A stretch of DNA of 64,000 nucleotides, from positions 434,001-498,000 of the forward strand of contig NMRA01000147.1 in NCBI GenBank assembly GCA_002633005.1, read 5' to 3'. Shown in pieces: positions 28,101 through 37,349 of this stretch. How positions within the stretch are numbered: the stretch's first letter is position 1; every line of letters begins with the position of its first letter. The position numbers and the translations under genes are program-made. The notes below the pieces were generated by a model. That model searched no databases. It had not been told where the DNA came from and saw nothing but the letters and a program-made list of their open reading frames with translations. Source of the DNA: Phoronis australis (lineage: Eukaryota > Animalia > Phoronida).

Positions 28101-29219
28101 ATGGATATTTTATACCTTTCATGACAGTTTCCAGCTGTGCTCCGTGTTCTTTCAGCAAATCAGTGACCATCCTAGCTTCCTTGTAGGGGGCGCTGTCATT
28201 ATATATCTCTTTCACCAGCGAGTCAAGTTGTGTTATGGTGTCCAGGAGCTCTGGGGGAACTACAAATGAACAGCAACCAGAAGAAATTTAGTCTACCTCA
28301 CAACAAGGGACAGACACACAATTAATGACCAGGTCCCCGATATTAGTCACCATCCTTCTAATTGCAGTAACTGACCAGATCATGATCTCTGACCTACACC
28401 CAGCCTCGTGGACATAATACCAACCCTGCATCTAATCTTGTGTGAGAGATTGCAGGTCATTACCACTTTAAAGGTGCGGGATTGGAATTAGATGCATGGG
28501 ATAAGTCTGGTGTCCACATATGGAGCATCTTTGGTAGATACATAGAGTCTATAATATCACATTGTGCATCAAGCACTAGCTTGTCCAGGAAAAGAGATCG
28601 GGCAACTTGAGTGGTTTGCTAGCTTGAAATATGCTGGCAATCTTTAAAGAAACCATGAAGTTGTAGGCAATTACATCACTTGTGGACGCCACAGGCTGCT
28701 GATCTTATTCTATAGATAATCAGACCTATCCCAAACACACTGGGGGCGGCAAAAGTATTTTTCGAATACTCACTTTGAAAGTTTTTAAATAGCATATTTG
28801 AATAGTCTATGAAAAATATACATGGTTAGGCTTTAAAAATTAATTGCAAATCAGTCAAGAATTGTGACTTTTACAACCAAAAACTCTTAACCAGCAGGAA
28901 GCAGTTGGATTTTGAGGTAAGCCAAATGTCGTACAATTCTTGGCATGGCAGGTACTGGACACAGAAGACAGTCTGCCATACTCCAAACTGAAGACTTTCT
29001 ACCTTGATGGGTTTTCACCAGTGAAAACGTTTTAACTTATGAAGTGTTTAGTGAAAGTAGGAGTTAACAGAAACCAGCACAACAGACAAGACTATTCGTT
29101 TCACCTTCAGGAGAATTAGTTCGCCCGGGCTTTTCTCTTTCAGCGACTGTACAATCCTTCAATGGCCGTGGCTTCACCAGCTTCTTCATGCGGACACCTC
29201 GACCACGGCTCGATATCAT
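927..29219 (-). CDS. mxt: Mextli-like eIF4E-binding protein family gene (MIF4G-like + two KH repeats), 16 coding exons, about 883-898 aa; 3' end uncertain
   Basis: Manual splicing of 16 GT-AG exons with matching phases gives an open frame. Blocks resembling recalled Drosophila Mextli occur in the same order: VRMKKLVKPRPLK; LKEHGAQLETVMKDQLDSYFNTFRD...LLQLVEMRASGW...YYQKK; KH domain ending VIDDVLNKNVNPEK; FHYKVQVGNEFLVLTCPNRQLIKEAKEVLMSYF. Confidence 0.85.
1795..1878 (-). CDS. mxt: Mextli-like exon 15 (SDSVVFHYKVQVGNEFLVLTCPNRQLIK)
   Basis: tttcag acceptor, AAG|GTATGC donor; 84 nt; resembles the Mextli YKYTVNVG..LKITG block. Confidence 0.85.
1865..2210. repeat. Degenerate ~38-40-bp minisatellite derived from the exon 15 acceptor
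   Basis: About 8-9 copies of ACGACACTGTCACTCTGAAATAG-like units. Confidence 0.75.
3660..4398 (+). mobile_element. Helentron-associated (HINE/DINE-1-like) element with internal tandem repeats
   Basis: Roughly 120-150-bp subrepeats, a CGGA/GGAC microsatellite and a 3' hairpin ATGCGTCCACAT...ATGTGGGCGCAT; relatives at about 14250-14830, 21850-22660, 25290-26745 and 33600-33830. Confidence 0.7.
6312..6377 (-). CDS. mxt: Mextli-like exon 14 (SKADTTLLPTVTATFASSVLDD)
   Basis: ttag acceptor, GTAAGT donor; 66 nt, phase 0-0. Confidence 0.7.
6760..7292. mobile_element. Dispersed Kolobok-like repeat; relatives at 17190-17400 and 28644-28860
   Basis: Shared TTGACCAATCA..GCATTCTTGACA and CATG.AGTTGTAGGCAATTACATCA segments. 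Confidence 0.55.
7718..7993 (-). CDS. mxt: Mextli-like exon 13 (YVKYKTPCTELDD...SMSIICGE)
   Basis: Within ORF 7697..8011; tttcag acceptor, GAG|GTAGGC donor; 276 nt, phase 0-0. Confidence 0.75.
8272..8465. mobile_element. Short palindromic MITE (ACCTTATTC...GAATAAGGT)
   Basis: Long imperfect inverted arms. Confidence 0.7.
8500..8772. mobile_element. MITE with GGGTCTG..CATGAAAAGTGAC TIRs
   Basis: Imperfect inverted termini of about 55 bp. Confidence 0.7.
8785..9283. mobile_element. MITE with CAGGGCTTGGAAT TIRs (hAT-like)
   Basis: 13-bp TIRs, TCAACT flanking duplication; near-identical copy at 17502-17992. Confidence 0.9.
9415..9469 (-). CDS. mxt: Mextli-like exon 12 (RKAVEVIDDVLNKNVNPEK)
   Basis: KH terminal helix; 55 nt, phase 2-0; AAG|GTTAAG donor. 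Confidence 0.85.
9761..9812 (-). CDS. mxt: Mextli-like exon 11 (GSDVWPVMISGKSNSSV)
   Basis: ttttcaag acceptor, CAG|GTGCCG donor; 52 nt, phase 1-2. Confidence 0.8.
10075..10152 (-). CDS. mxt: Mextli-like exon 10 (LLGPSGDRLKVVGQLTGTTIDIQERR), KH GxxG loop
   Basis: GPSG KH motif; cacag acceptor; 78 nt, phase 1-1. Confidence 0.85.
10458..10516 (-). CDS. mxt: Mextli-like exon 9 (RLPDVKYQYKIFVKSEKMDR), KH2 start
   Basis: cttttag acceptor, GTAAGT donor; 59 nt, phase 2-1. Confidence 0.85.
10523..10800. repeat. 22-bp minisatellite (AATTCAATTACAAAATGAACAG), about 12 copies
   Basis: Directly visible; abuts the exon 9 acceptor. Confidence 0.95.
11063..11280 (-). CDS. mxt: Mextli-like exon 8 (KPAGPTTSS...GDVIGLGLVENLAPV)
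   Basis: ttttcacag acceptor, TAG|GTTGGT donor; 218 nt, phase 0-2; alternative in-frame acceptor with exon end at 11352. Confidence 0.75.
12302..12423 (-). CDS. mxt: Mextli-like exon 7 (ETNDSSIVVFEVTGDSRNRNRAIHLVADRCSESFVKLPSVK)
   Basis: ttttcag acceptor, AAG|GTTTAG donor; 122 nt, phase 1-0; KH-like beta3/alpha3 pattern. Confidence 0.75.
12615..13075. mobile_element. Inverted pair of Penelope 3' ends (GIY-YIG tail + pLTR with hammerhead-like motif)
   Basis: The plus arm encodes KILAKENWFSRKVKESIYIKTNKLAMN*DQGLQLSPI; the arms are reverse complements over about 200 bp; TGACAA-AGGACTG-loop-CAGTCC-GAAAC at 13017-13048. Confidence 0.8.
13531..13599 (-). CDS. mxt: Mextli-like exon 6 (TVLIPKVTGFIAAATSTFITQLA)
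   Basis: tag acceptor, CAG|GTAAAG donor; 69 nt, phase 1-1. Confidence 0.7.
13926..14249. mobile_element. Palindromic element with tRNA-like sequence in each arm
   Basis: Arms of about 125 bp are reverse complements; A-box TAGCTTAATGGTAAGAGC and B-box GGTTCAACT/GGTTCGATTCC; partial second copy at 37072-37242. Confidence 0.8.
15050..15630. mobile_element. Foldback/MITE with inverted arms over 100 bp
   Basis: GCATACCTAGATACCAGACGTTAT versus ATAACGTCTGGCATCTGGGTATGC, plus flanking complementarity. Confidence 0.65.
16883..16923 (-). CDS. mxt: Mextli-like exon 5 (KKSTLFCVSRKDAE), start of degenerate KH1
   Basis: tttcag acceptor, GTAAGT donor; 41 nt, phase 2-1, which exactly bridges the neighbouring exons. 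Confidence 0.75.
17502..17992. mobile_element. Second copy of the CAGGGCTTGGAAT MITE, nested in a Harbinger-like element (about 17404-18228)
   Basis: Same TIRs and internal sequence; flanks AAATTT/TAATTT. Confidence 0.9.
18347..19311 (-). CDS. mxt: Mextli-like exon 4, large Ser-rich low-complexity exon (ETNHQRR...RPAAAK)
   Basis: Includes ORF 18343..19221; ttcag acceptor, GAA|GTAAGT donor; 965 nt, phase 0-2. Confidence 0.8.
21850..22660 (+). mobile_element. HINE-like element, same family as 3660-4398
   Basis: Same subrepeats (CCACTAGG...) and 3' end CGGATAGAGATGACAGCA...CATGTGGGCACAT. Confidence 0.7.
23093..23597. mobile_element. PIF/Harbinger-like MITE; homologous right end at 1-108
   Basis: TAA-GCCC..TTCATATTAAC / GTTAGTATGAAAGGGCC-TTA ends; 1-108 aligns by eye to 23490-23596. 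Confidence 0.7.
24871..25046 (-). CDS. mxt: Mextli-like exon 3 (DQLDSYFNTFRDILRKMRTRPLLCAYLLQLVEMRASGWESDSHTYRYYQKKLGELALRP)
   Basis: MIF4G C-terminal LLxLxExRxxxW motif; cag acceptor, CCG|GTGAGT donor; 176 nt, phase 1-0. Confidence 0.9.
25290..26745 (+). mobile_element. HINE-like element, same family, longer array
   Basis: Same subrepeats and 3' end GGACAGAGATGACGG...GTTGGTGCATAA. Confidence 0.65.
28116..28259 (-). CDS. mxt: Mextli-like exon 2 (VPPELLDTITQLDSLVKEIY...LKEHGAQLETVMK), MIF4G-like
   Basis: tttgtag acceptor, AAAG|GTATAA donor, 144 nt, phase 1-1. Confidence 0.85.
29105..29219 (-). CDS. mxt: Mextli-like coding exon 1 (MISSRGRGVRMKKLVKPRPLKDCTVAEREKPGRTNSPE)
   Basis: ATG with an in-frame upstream TAA; donor GAAG|GTGAAA; 115 nt, ends phase 1; KPRPL motif. 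Confidence 0.85.
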
Positions 29220-30386
29220 CTTCGCAGTGTAGAAACCAATCACTTGTTATTCAGACCTATTCACAAAACACATCAATAGCCACACCGTTTTGGTATTTCC
29301 ATGGAATATTTGGATTTTATGATGTAAACCATTGCTTTTAATAATGTCAATGAACTTTATCATGGATAAAACAAAGAACCTGAAAAACTGGCTACTACAG
29401 CCAGTTTGATACAACTGGACTACTTGGTTTCTGCCATCAAAAGGTCCTTTCATTTCAACACTCACTTTTTCGTGATTCAGTCCGAACTCTTCAAAGATTC
29501 TCTTACTACTTGGTTCAAAATAAGATTACTCCAAGTATGCTGCTTTGTCATAAATTAGTTTTTTGTTTGTTTGCTTCTTTGTTCCCATGCTACAGATCAC
29601 AATTCTGATTGAATGAAATTTAAATACAACACGTGTCTCGTGAACGGCCCAAAGGCTACTGTTGTTAATTGAAATCGGACATAAGACTGAGCTGTGGTGG
29701 CCATTTTGCTCTTTTTTCGGTTGCGGAGCCAGACTTCCCGCTTCTTTTGGGATTTTTAATTTTTTCTGTGGATAGATCATTCCAAGGACTACAACTGTCC
29801 AATTTGTTTTTCTCTAGGTCTCACTGTTTTCAGGTTTTTCAAGATTTTCTGAGGTCTCTAATTAACTGAGGTTTTGTACCCTATCTTCAGTGTCCCTTGA
29901 CGAATCTGTCTGAAATTTGGTATAATAGATCTTTTCAAGCGCTACCAGCACCGTGAAACCTGTTTCTTGCTCAACCTTCTCACGATATTCAAGATTTACT
30001 GCTCAGATGACTTTTCTTTTGTTGACTAGTTATTTATAGCTGCACATTGTTATCATATCACATTTGAGATAGAGATCACATTTTCGCCTGATGGACATGA
30101 AATTTAGGTAGGCCTACAGTGTTTATTTATTCAATAGCCCAAGGACATTTGTTTTTGGGCAAAATTGGACGTATGGCGGCACTGTGACAGCCATCTTTTG
30201 AATTATGTTTGTAGAGCTATAGCTCCGTGACCCATTGATTGCACTTCTTCAAATACATGTTAAGAAATCTCATCAAGGACTATCCAATACTTTGGTTTCC
30301 TCATCCACCTCACCTTTAAATTTTTATTCAATTTCACCTAGTGTCACTCTTCAGAGGGCTTTTACATTATATTTGAACATATATAT

Positions 30387-33300
30387 GGGCAATTCCGTTA
30401 AAAGGTTCACCTCGAGACAAAAAAGATAAAATTGTGACAACACTAACATTTCTGGCTTCATCTGAAAGCCCATTCTCTCTAGTTTCAGAACTCATATTTG
30501 ATTGTCATATAACTTTCAATTTTTTGCCTAAATGGACCTATTTTTGAGGTCACTTGACCCTAAAACATTGCTCGATTTTCATGTGTGTTGCTAATTATTG
30601 TCATAAAAAGCTAATTATGGGTATTTCACTATACTATCAAATTTGTTCAATCACATGAACCCCAAACGTTATAAAAAATAACATTTCAACTTTAGCACAT
30701 TATCGACCACTTGGGGTCAAAGGTCAACTCCTGGATATCATGGTGCCATACGTCCGTCACAAAAGTGTTAAAAAGTTTAGTTATGTTAAAAGTGTTCAAT
30801 CAAAATTAAAATAATTTCAGATTCTCTTTTAACTTGTTACTCAATACTACTGACCAAAATTTTAGATCCCAGGGAATATTCGTGAAGTCATAAATTGCGT
30901 GACAGACGTACAGCAAATTTGTACGTTTGTCACGTACATCCGTCACACTCATGAAATTACAATTTTTCAGCCAATAAAAATAACCTTAGGTCATATTTTT
31001 ACTTTCTAAACTTGCAGAAGATAAAATGTATCTCACGCCTAAGAACCATAAAATGATAAAATATTACAAAGGCAGCTTTAAAATTATGCGAAGAAGTTGC
31101 TACAGATTTAAACTAAATGCATAGGACTTTTCAATTTCAAAAGTACCGGTATTTGCAGCAAAGTTATAGTTTACAATGTCGTCTAGTTATTCTTAGTAGA
31201 ATTCATCTTATTAAAGTTGGACCACATTATAAAAAGTGAATAATTAACAAAATGTTAATTTAATGAACTTGTTTTTCTGTTGATACCGTGTTTGCAAAGA
31301 AATGCTTAGACTTTAGGAAATTCAAGATGCAAATATTCATACCAAAGAATTCCTAAAGTGCTATAGAGTATAAATAACAAGAGACTTAAAGGAATACACG
31401 TCAATTTGCTATTGCGCTGGAATCAACATGTTATTTCTGCTCTGACCTGCTATGTTGTGTTTTGTGTTGAAAAAGTTGATACTGGGCATTTTTAAGTGGT
31501 AGGAACCTGTCACCTACTTTATTTAGCATTTTTATCCCACCCTCACAGACTGCAGTCAATCTTTTTGTGTCTTACAGGGTCATTGGGTGGCTTATATGAA
31601 ATGATTTCATAGCAAATGATTAAGTTGTCTCATCTTACATATTTTTGATCCCTTAATCTTTTTAAGAATTAGACTATTTTTTTCTGCTGAGCTTTGAGGA
31701 TATTTAACAAGCATTTAGGAACTATAGGAAATTGTTGGAGACCACGGGAAGAACAAATGCGACTGGGAGTAGAATAAATATCTGCCGGAATACTCTCTGA
31801 AACTTGGAAAAAAAAACGCCATCGTGGATCAAGAAATTCATAATGATTGCGCGTACTGTGCTGTGACATTATTTAAAGCCTCTCTTTAAATTTGAAAAGA
31901 AGGCGTGAGTTACAGAGCTGGATGAAAACCCAATCATTTTATTTTAATCACTAAATAGAAACTAGCATCTGATAAGTTAGCTCTACATATTCCTAAATCA
32001 TAATCCTAAATGCATTTAATTTCAAATGTCTTGTTTTCACACTGGAAAACAGCACGGATGATTTGAATCAAAATATGAATGCCAAAAGTCGATATTTCAA
32101 CTAAACCGTATGCTTCACACTTGAATTTAAGATACTGATGTCCTGTTACTAATACTTTAAAAACATCGCAGTCATTACTTACATGGGCATGCAACAGAAC
32201 CATCGACAGCATGGACCAGAGAAAAATTTTGTACAAGCTCTAAGGACAAGTTCCAATTTAAAAAACAATTAGTTAAAATGCACTTTTATGACAGTGATTA
32301 GTAATTTCATTTCACATTTGATATTTTGATATTTTGACTGTCATATTTACTTATTAGTTTTGAATTAGAGTTCTAATTAACGCTTAAAAACAGATTTTCC
32401 GGAGAACTAACAGCTGTCAAATACAAAATGATTTAATCACTCTCATTCCCATTGATAATGCTTACCCTCTTCAAAAGGAAGTGAAGATTTTAGGTAATTG
32501 TTTTATATCTTTAATCAAATGTATTGAAAAGTTAAAACCATAGAATACATTCCTAGTATAGCCCTACCTGTGATGATTTCGTGTAAAAGGTCAATCAGAA
32601 TATTTTAATAAAAACATTGAATTAGTAGCAAAAGACCAATATAGCTTAAATACTGCAAAAGTATTGATATCTTAGTCACAACAAACAATTTAATGCTAGA
32701 AATTCAGAGTGTACGTCCATCACGTACATCCATCACACTAACTCAACTTATATCGAGCAATCTGGCAAACCAGATATCATCAAAAATATTACCTGTTGTA
32801 CTTTGCAAACATTCCACTAAATCATCAAATAAAACAAAAAACTGTAACAGCATTTTTTCACTCAGGGTGAACAACTTTGTTTCAGAAATGACATTTTAAG
32901 AAGTTTTCTTTCAGCTTTGAGACTTCTTTTATTGGAATCAACATGTTATATGGAATATCAGGTTAAATTTTTGTGAAGTATCCTCATTTAGTTTTTGAGA
33001 TTTGGCCTGTTGAAATAACAAAGAAAAGTGTGGGCTACGGAGAATACATCACTGGTATTGTCACATCCATTTTGGAAAAAAGACTTAAATCTGGCTTAGG
33101 AACAAGAAAATTTATTATGGGTAACTCATGTAATTAATCACTGAACATCAATATCAAAAACAGGTTCACACCTGTGTATGCTTCACAAGGTGTGAGTATA
33201 CAAATAAAACATAGCCAATGTACTCAATCCTTAGACATACTCAACACTTAACTATCATCAGAGTCACATCACTGTCAAAAGGAATACCTAATTCTATTAA

Positions 33301-35055
33301 CTAACATCAAAGAAATACAGGAAAACACTTTTCATCATCAGTAAACATTGAATGCATAAATCTCGCATAACAAAGAGGTCATGGGTTATGGAGAATACAA
33401 ATGTGGAGATACCTGTTTATGAGTGAATGAACACTTGAGCAATGCAATAGAATTCATTTATTTGTTAATACCAACACATCTGAATGACCAAACAACATTC
33501 ATGTTTTATTGATAATGAGCTTAAACTGAAAAAGTAAATTTTAGCTAAACTTGCCTCAAATCCCACCCACAAATAGAAGACATCATCTCTTGTTAGCTTC
33601 ATATAAATACACTTACTAAATTTAATAAAGATCCTGCAGCGGGTTTAGGAGAAACAGCTATGGCCGCAAAACAAATCAAAACCACCACTAGGAGGTGCCA
33701 CAGTAACCGAAGTTGTCAGCGTAACCGTACTCTTCACACTGAGTACACACCAATTTTCAAAATCATCCTTACAATGGTTTGGTTGATAGCGGGGTGAATG
33801 CCAAAAAACAGCCTCGAAAACAGTAACAAGAGCAACGCAGAGCGTTGAAATGCGCCCACAATTGCACCGCATACGGTATCCTTCTAGGGTTTTTTATTGG
33901 TACCATAAAGTGGCCAGTAGAGGGCATATATGTAGTACGTTGTACTTTGCAAAATGGAAAGGAATGGTCATTGTCTCCTCAATAGGCTAGGGGCAAAATG
34001 TGAGTAATCTTCATAATACAAGCACATCCTATACACCAGTTGCTTAAAGCACCACAAAAACATAGAATTAAAAACAAATTTACCAACATACGAGATTAGC
34101 ACAGCATTAGAATACCAGAAACAAATTTCTACTTGGAACTTTTCCTTCATAGTCACGAAGTAACACAAAGTACACATGTACTAACAATTCAAAGTTGGGG
34201 CTACGGAGAATACGAAAGAATTTTTGCTTATGGTCAATTCAAATCCAGGTCTTGGTCTAATATTTTTTGTGGGCCAAAGATAGCTTCAAGGACATCTGGT
34301 ACAAAAATGTGGTTTCTAAATCGAATTCTATATACCATCAACCATCAAAAAACAGTTCAAAACACAAGTAAGGCTTTTCTTTTTCAGCCATGGCTGTAAG
34401 AGAAGGAGCACATGCAAATTTATGTGCTTTTTGATATCATTTTGCAAGTGTGCCTCAAAATTGTGTTTGACTTTTCAGATCCCTCCAATCACCTGAAGAA
34501 AAACAAGAAATGCATGTTAAGATCATGAAAAAACATTAAATTTCAATTAAATGTGTGATTTATTTAAATGCCATGTGTATTAAAAATATGCAATGTTTCA
34601 GTGAAACAATATAAAGATGGATTTCTGGCTATTCTCAGATATATAACATTTTTTCGTACTTTAAAATGCATAAATGTCTTACGTACCAGTGCTAAAACAA
34701 GATCATCATACAAATATCTTCCAGAGGTGAAGGAATTCCATCAATATGATTGCATGACATAAAAAATCCATAGATTTGCACTCTGAGTGATAAAATGCCG
34801 TAACTTAATGCAACTCACAGAAAATTACCGTTAAAACTTTAAAAAAAAATCAAATTCTCTGCGTACATCCGTCACACCCCTTTAAAAACAATTTTCTCAG
34901 TAAAATTAAAAGAGAGGGGAAATGTTTATACACACTTTGAAAGCTATCAATGAGACATATCAGTTGATGTATTAATTATTTTCCAAGGATGAACATTTTT
35001 TCACAATTGATCAAAATGTTCTCTGATTGCACGTCCATCACAAATGGAATTGCCC
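30387..35055. mobile_element. 4.7-kb non-autonomous DNA transposon, Sola2-like
   Basis: GGGCAATTCC TIRs with a 4-bp ATAT TSD; internal repeated motifs GTACATCCGTCACA and GGGCTACGGAGAATAC. Confidence 0.7.
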
Positions 35056-36487
35056 ATATATCAACTGCTTCATAGATATGAGGCTAAATAAGAGGGACTT
35101 GTTAGCAAGGACCTACACAACCTCCACATATTATGGTGAAATATCAGGACACAAAATTACAGGACAATTGAACAAGCACATAATAAAAGACTTTAGCAGT
35201 CTGCTCTTTTGTTATAGCTGTGAGACAATGTGGGCTTTCATAACAATGTTCTGGGCATTTGAAAACCAAAAGGATCAAGTTTGGCAATTATGCTCAAATA
35301 ATTTTACTCAATGAGAATAAGTTCCAAACTGAAGCATAAGATATGGCTAATTTGCTGGGTTCATTTCCATATTTCATTTCTCTGCAGTCTCCATCCAGTG
35401 TTACAGAGGTTTTGTATTTGCTGCTAACTTGTCTGAGAATTCACTTTAATCTTTTGTCACTGTTGTTACAAAGAATTCCTTTGGATTCATTGCTATCAGT
35501 TATTCTATTAAGAGTGTTCACAGTCCAGATTAATCCCTTGTTGGCCCACCCAACCTAGTCTATTGTGTGGGCCCTTTTACTACAGGCTCATTAACTTTCT
35601 GTTAACAAACATTGGGTCACTTAGTCAGCTTAAACTATCAATGAATGGTTGTACATATGAACACAAATAGACCTAGTCATGTAATACTGGTAATTGACAT
35701 TGAATGAGCACCAATGAAAATACTTACAGCAAATCAGTGATGAGCTGTGACAGCCAGGGGCTGCTTTTCATTTTTAGATCAGTTGAAAGTGGAAACTAAA
35801 AGCAAAATTAAGTTTTGTTTTTAATAGTTTATTTTTGGTTTTAGAATCAAAACAGTTTAAGTTGTTTTACTTTCAAAACAGTTTTAAAATTGTTTATACC
35901 AGAGTTTCTTTTTAAACACTTTTTACTTTCAAATTATTTTTTTTTCGTTTTTAAACTTGTCTTACTTTCAAAATATTTTTAAAATTGCTTTATATCGGAT
36001 TTTCTTTTTGAACATGTTTTACTTTCAAATTGTATTTTTTCCTTTTTAAAACACAAAATATTTTCAAATTTGTTTCCTGTCAGATTTTCCTTTTGAACAT
36101 GTTTTACTTTTAAAATAATTCTCTTTGATTTTAAAAATATATTGTTATCTTAGCAATCAAATTAAATATAGCTTGGCAGGGGAGGGCCACCATAAATATG
36201 TTTAAAGCATGCCACAAACGCATATAGGTGCGGGATTCGGAAATTTTGCATCTATGCAATAGCTATCTGATAGTTTACCTCAACAATGATTGACATCTTA
36301 AAACGTTGTCCTAGAGCCACTCTTTTGGCCAAAGCAGGAATGGGTGTAGGGAGCGACATCCCGTGGTCTGTTAGGGGGGCCGCCAGAAACTATTGAATAT
36401 TTTGTCTATATACGGCCTTGGCCACTTGGTCTGAGACTGGTGCTGCTGAGTATAGATGATTGTATCTGATAGCTTGATAGACCTCCC

Positions 36488-36930
36488 CGACTTACTGCCA
36501 CCGCCGCTGGGGGTGCTATTATTGTCTTCATACGTGCTGGGCCAGGGCCCTCTGAGACTTACTGTCACTACCACTAGGGGCGCTGTCAGAAACTATCAAA
36601 CTATCGGATACTATTGTCAATATACACCCTGGTCCAGGGCCCTTTCCGGCTTACTACCACCACCGCTAGAGGTGCTGTCAAAAACAATCAAATTATGGAA
36701 CACTATTACCTAAATACAGCCTAAGTCAGGGCCTTCTCCAGCAATACTGTCACCACCGGTAGAGGCGCTATCAGAAACTATCAAACTATTGGATACTATC
36801 ATATATATATATATATATATATATATACAGTCTGTGTAAGGACTCCTCTGACCTACTGACACCACCGGTAGGGGCGCTGTCAAAACTATTGGATAATATC
36901 GTCTGAATACAGCCTGGTCCAGGGCCCAGA
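36488..36930. repeat. ~90-bp tandem repeat with CTCF-like CCACTAGGGGCGCTG motifs; (TA)n at 36800-36827
   Basis: About 5 units of CTTACTG.CACCACC.CTAG.GGCGCTGTCA.AAACTATC. Confidence 0.8.
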
Positions 36931-37071
36931 ATTTTATTGAAGTTACTGATCAACGCACAATACATTTACTAGCTGATGAATCCAAGTGCTACTATATGAC
37001 ATTGTTGCCAAAAATAACACTTTGAATTTTGGGGTAAATCCAAAAAAAAAACTGATACCACCTAGTATAAT

Positions 37072-37242
37072 TGTCCAAATCTCGTGTGAAAAAGGCGAAA
37101 CACCGCTCATGAGATGTATGACTTAACAGTTGGCTGCAAACAGTAATTGCACAGATATTGGGTCCTCAGTAGCTCAGTGGTACGAGCACTAGACAGACAA
37201 TCTAGAGGCCAGGGTTCCTGATTTTTCTGTGTTTATTTGATA
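37072..37242 (+). mobile_element. Second, partial copy of the tRNA-arm palindromic element
   Basis: Shares the centre and one arm with 13926-14249 (TTGGCTGCAAACAGTAATTGCACAGATAT.GGGTCCTCAGTAGCTCAGTGG). Confidence 0.8.
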
Positions 37243-37349
37243 TAAAAAAGAAAGTATCTTTGCTCATGATCAACTCTAAAATCCCAACCACATGTCAAAC
37301 TACTGGGTGTCGATATTGCGCACTGATTGACATTTGATATTCACGTTTG

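Noticed and set aside
35729-35780. Possible exon MKSSPWLSQLITDLL (superficially TPP1/ACD-like)
   Set aside because: No further supporting exons were found. At best it is an unverified 5' UTR exon.
36168-36200. TGGCAGGGGAG, U1-like fragment
   Set aside because: Only an 11-nt match, without the U1 5' end or Sm site.
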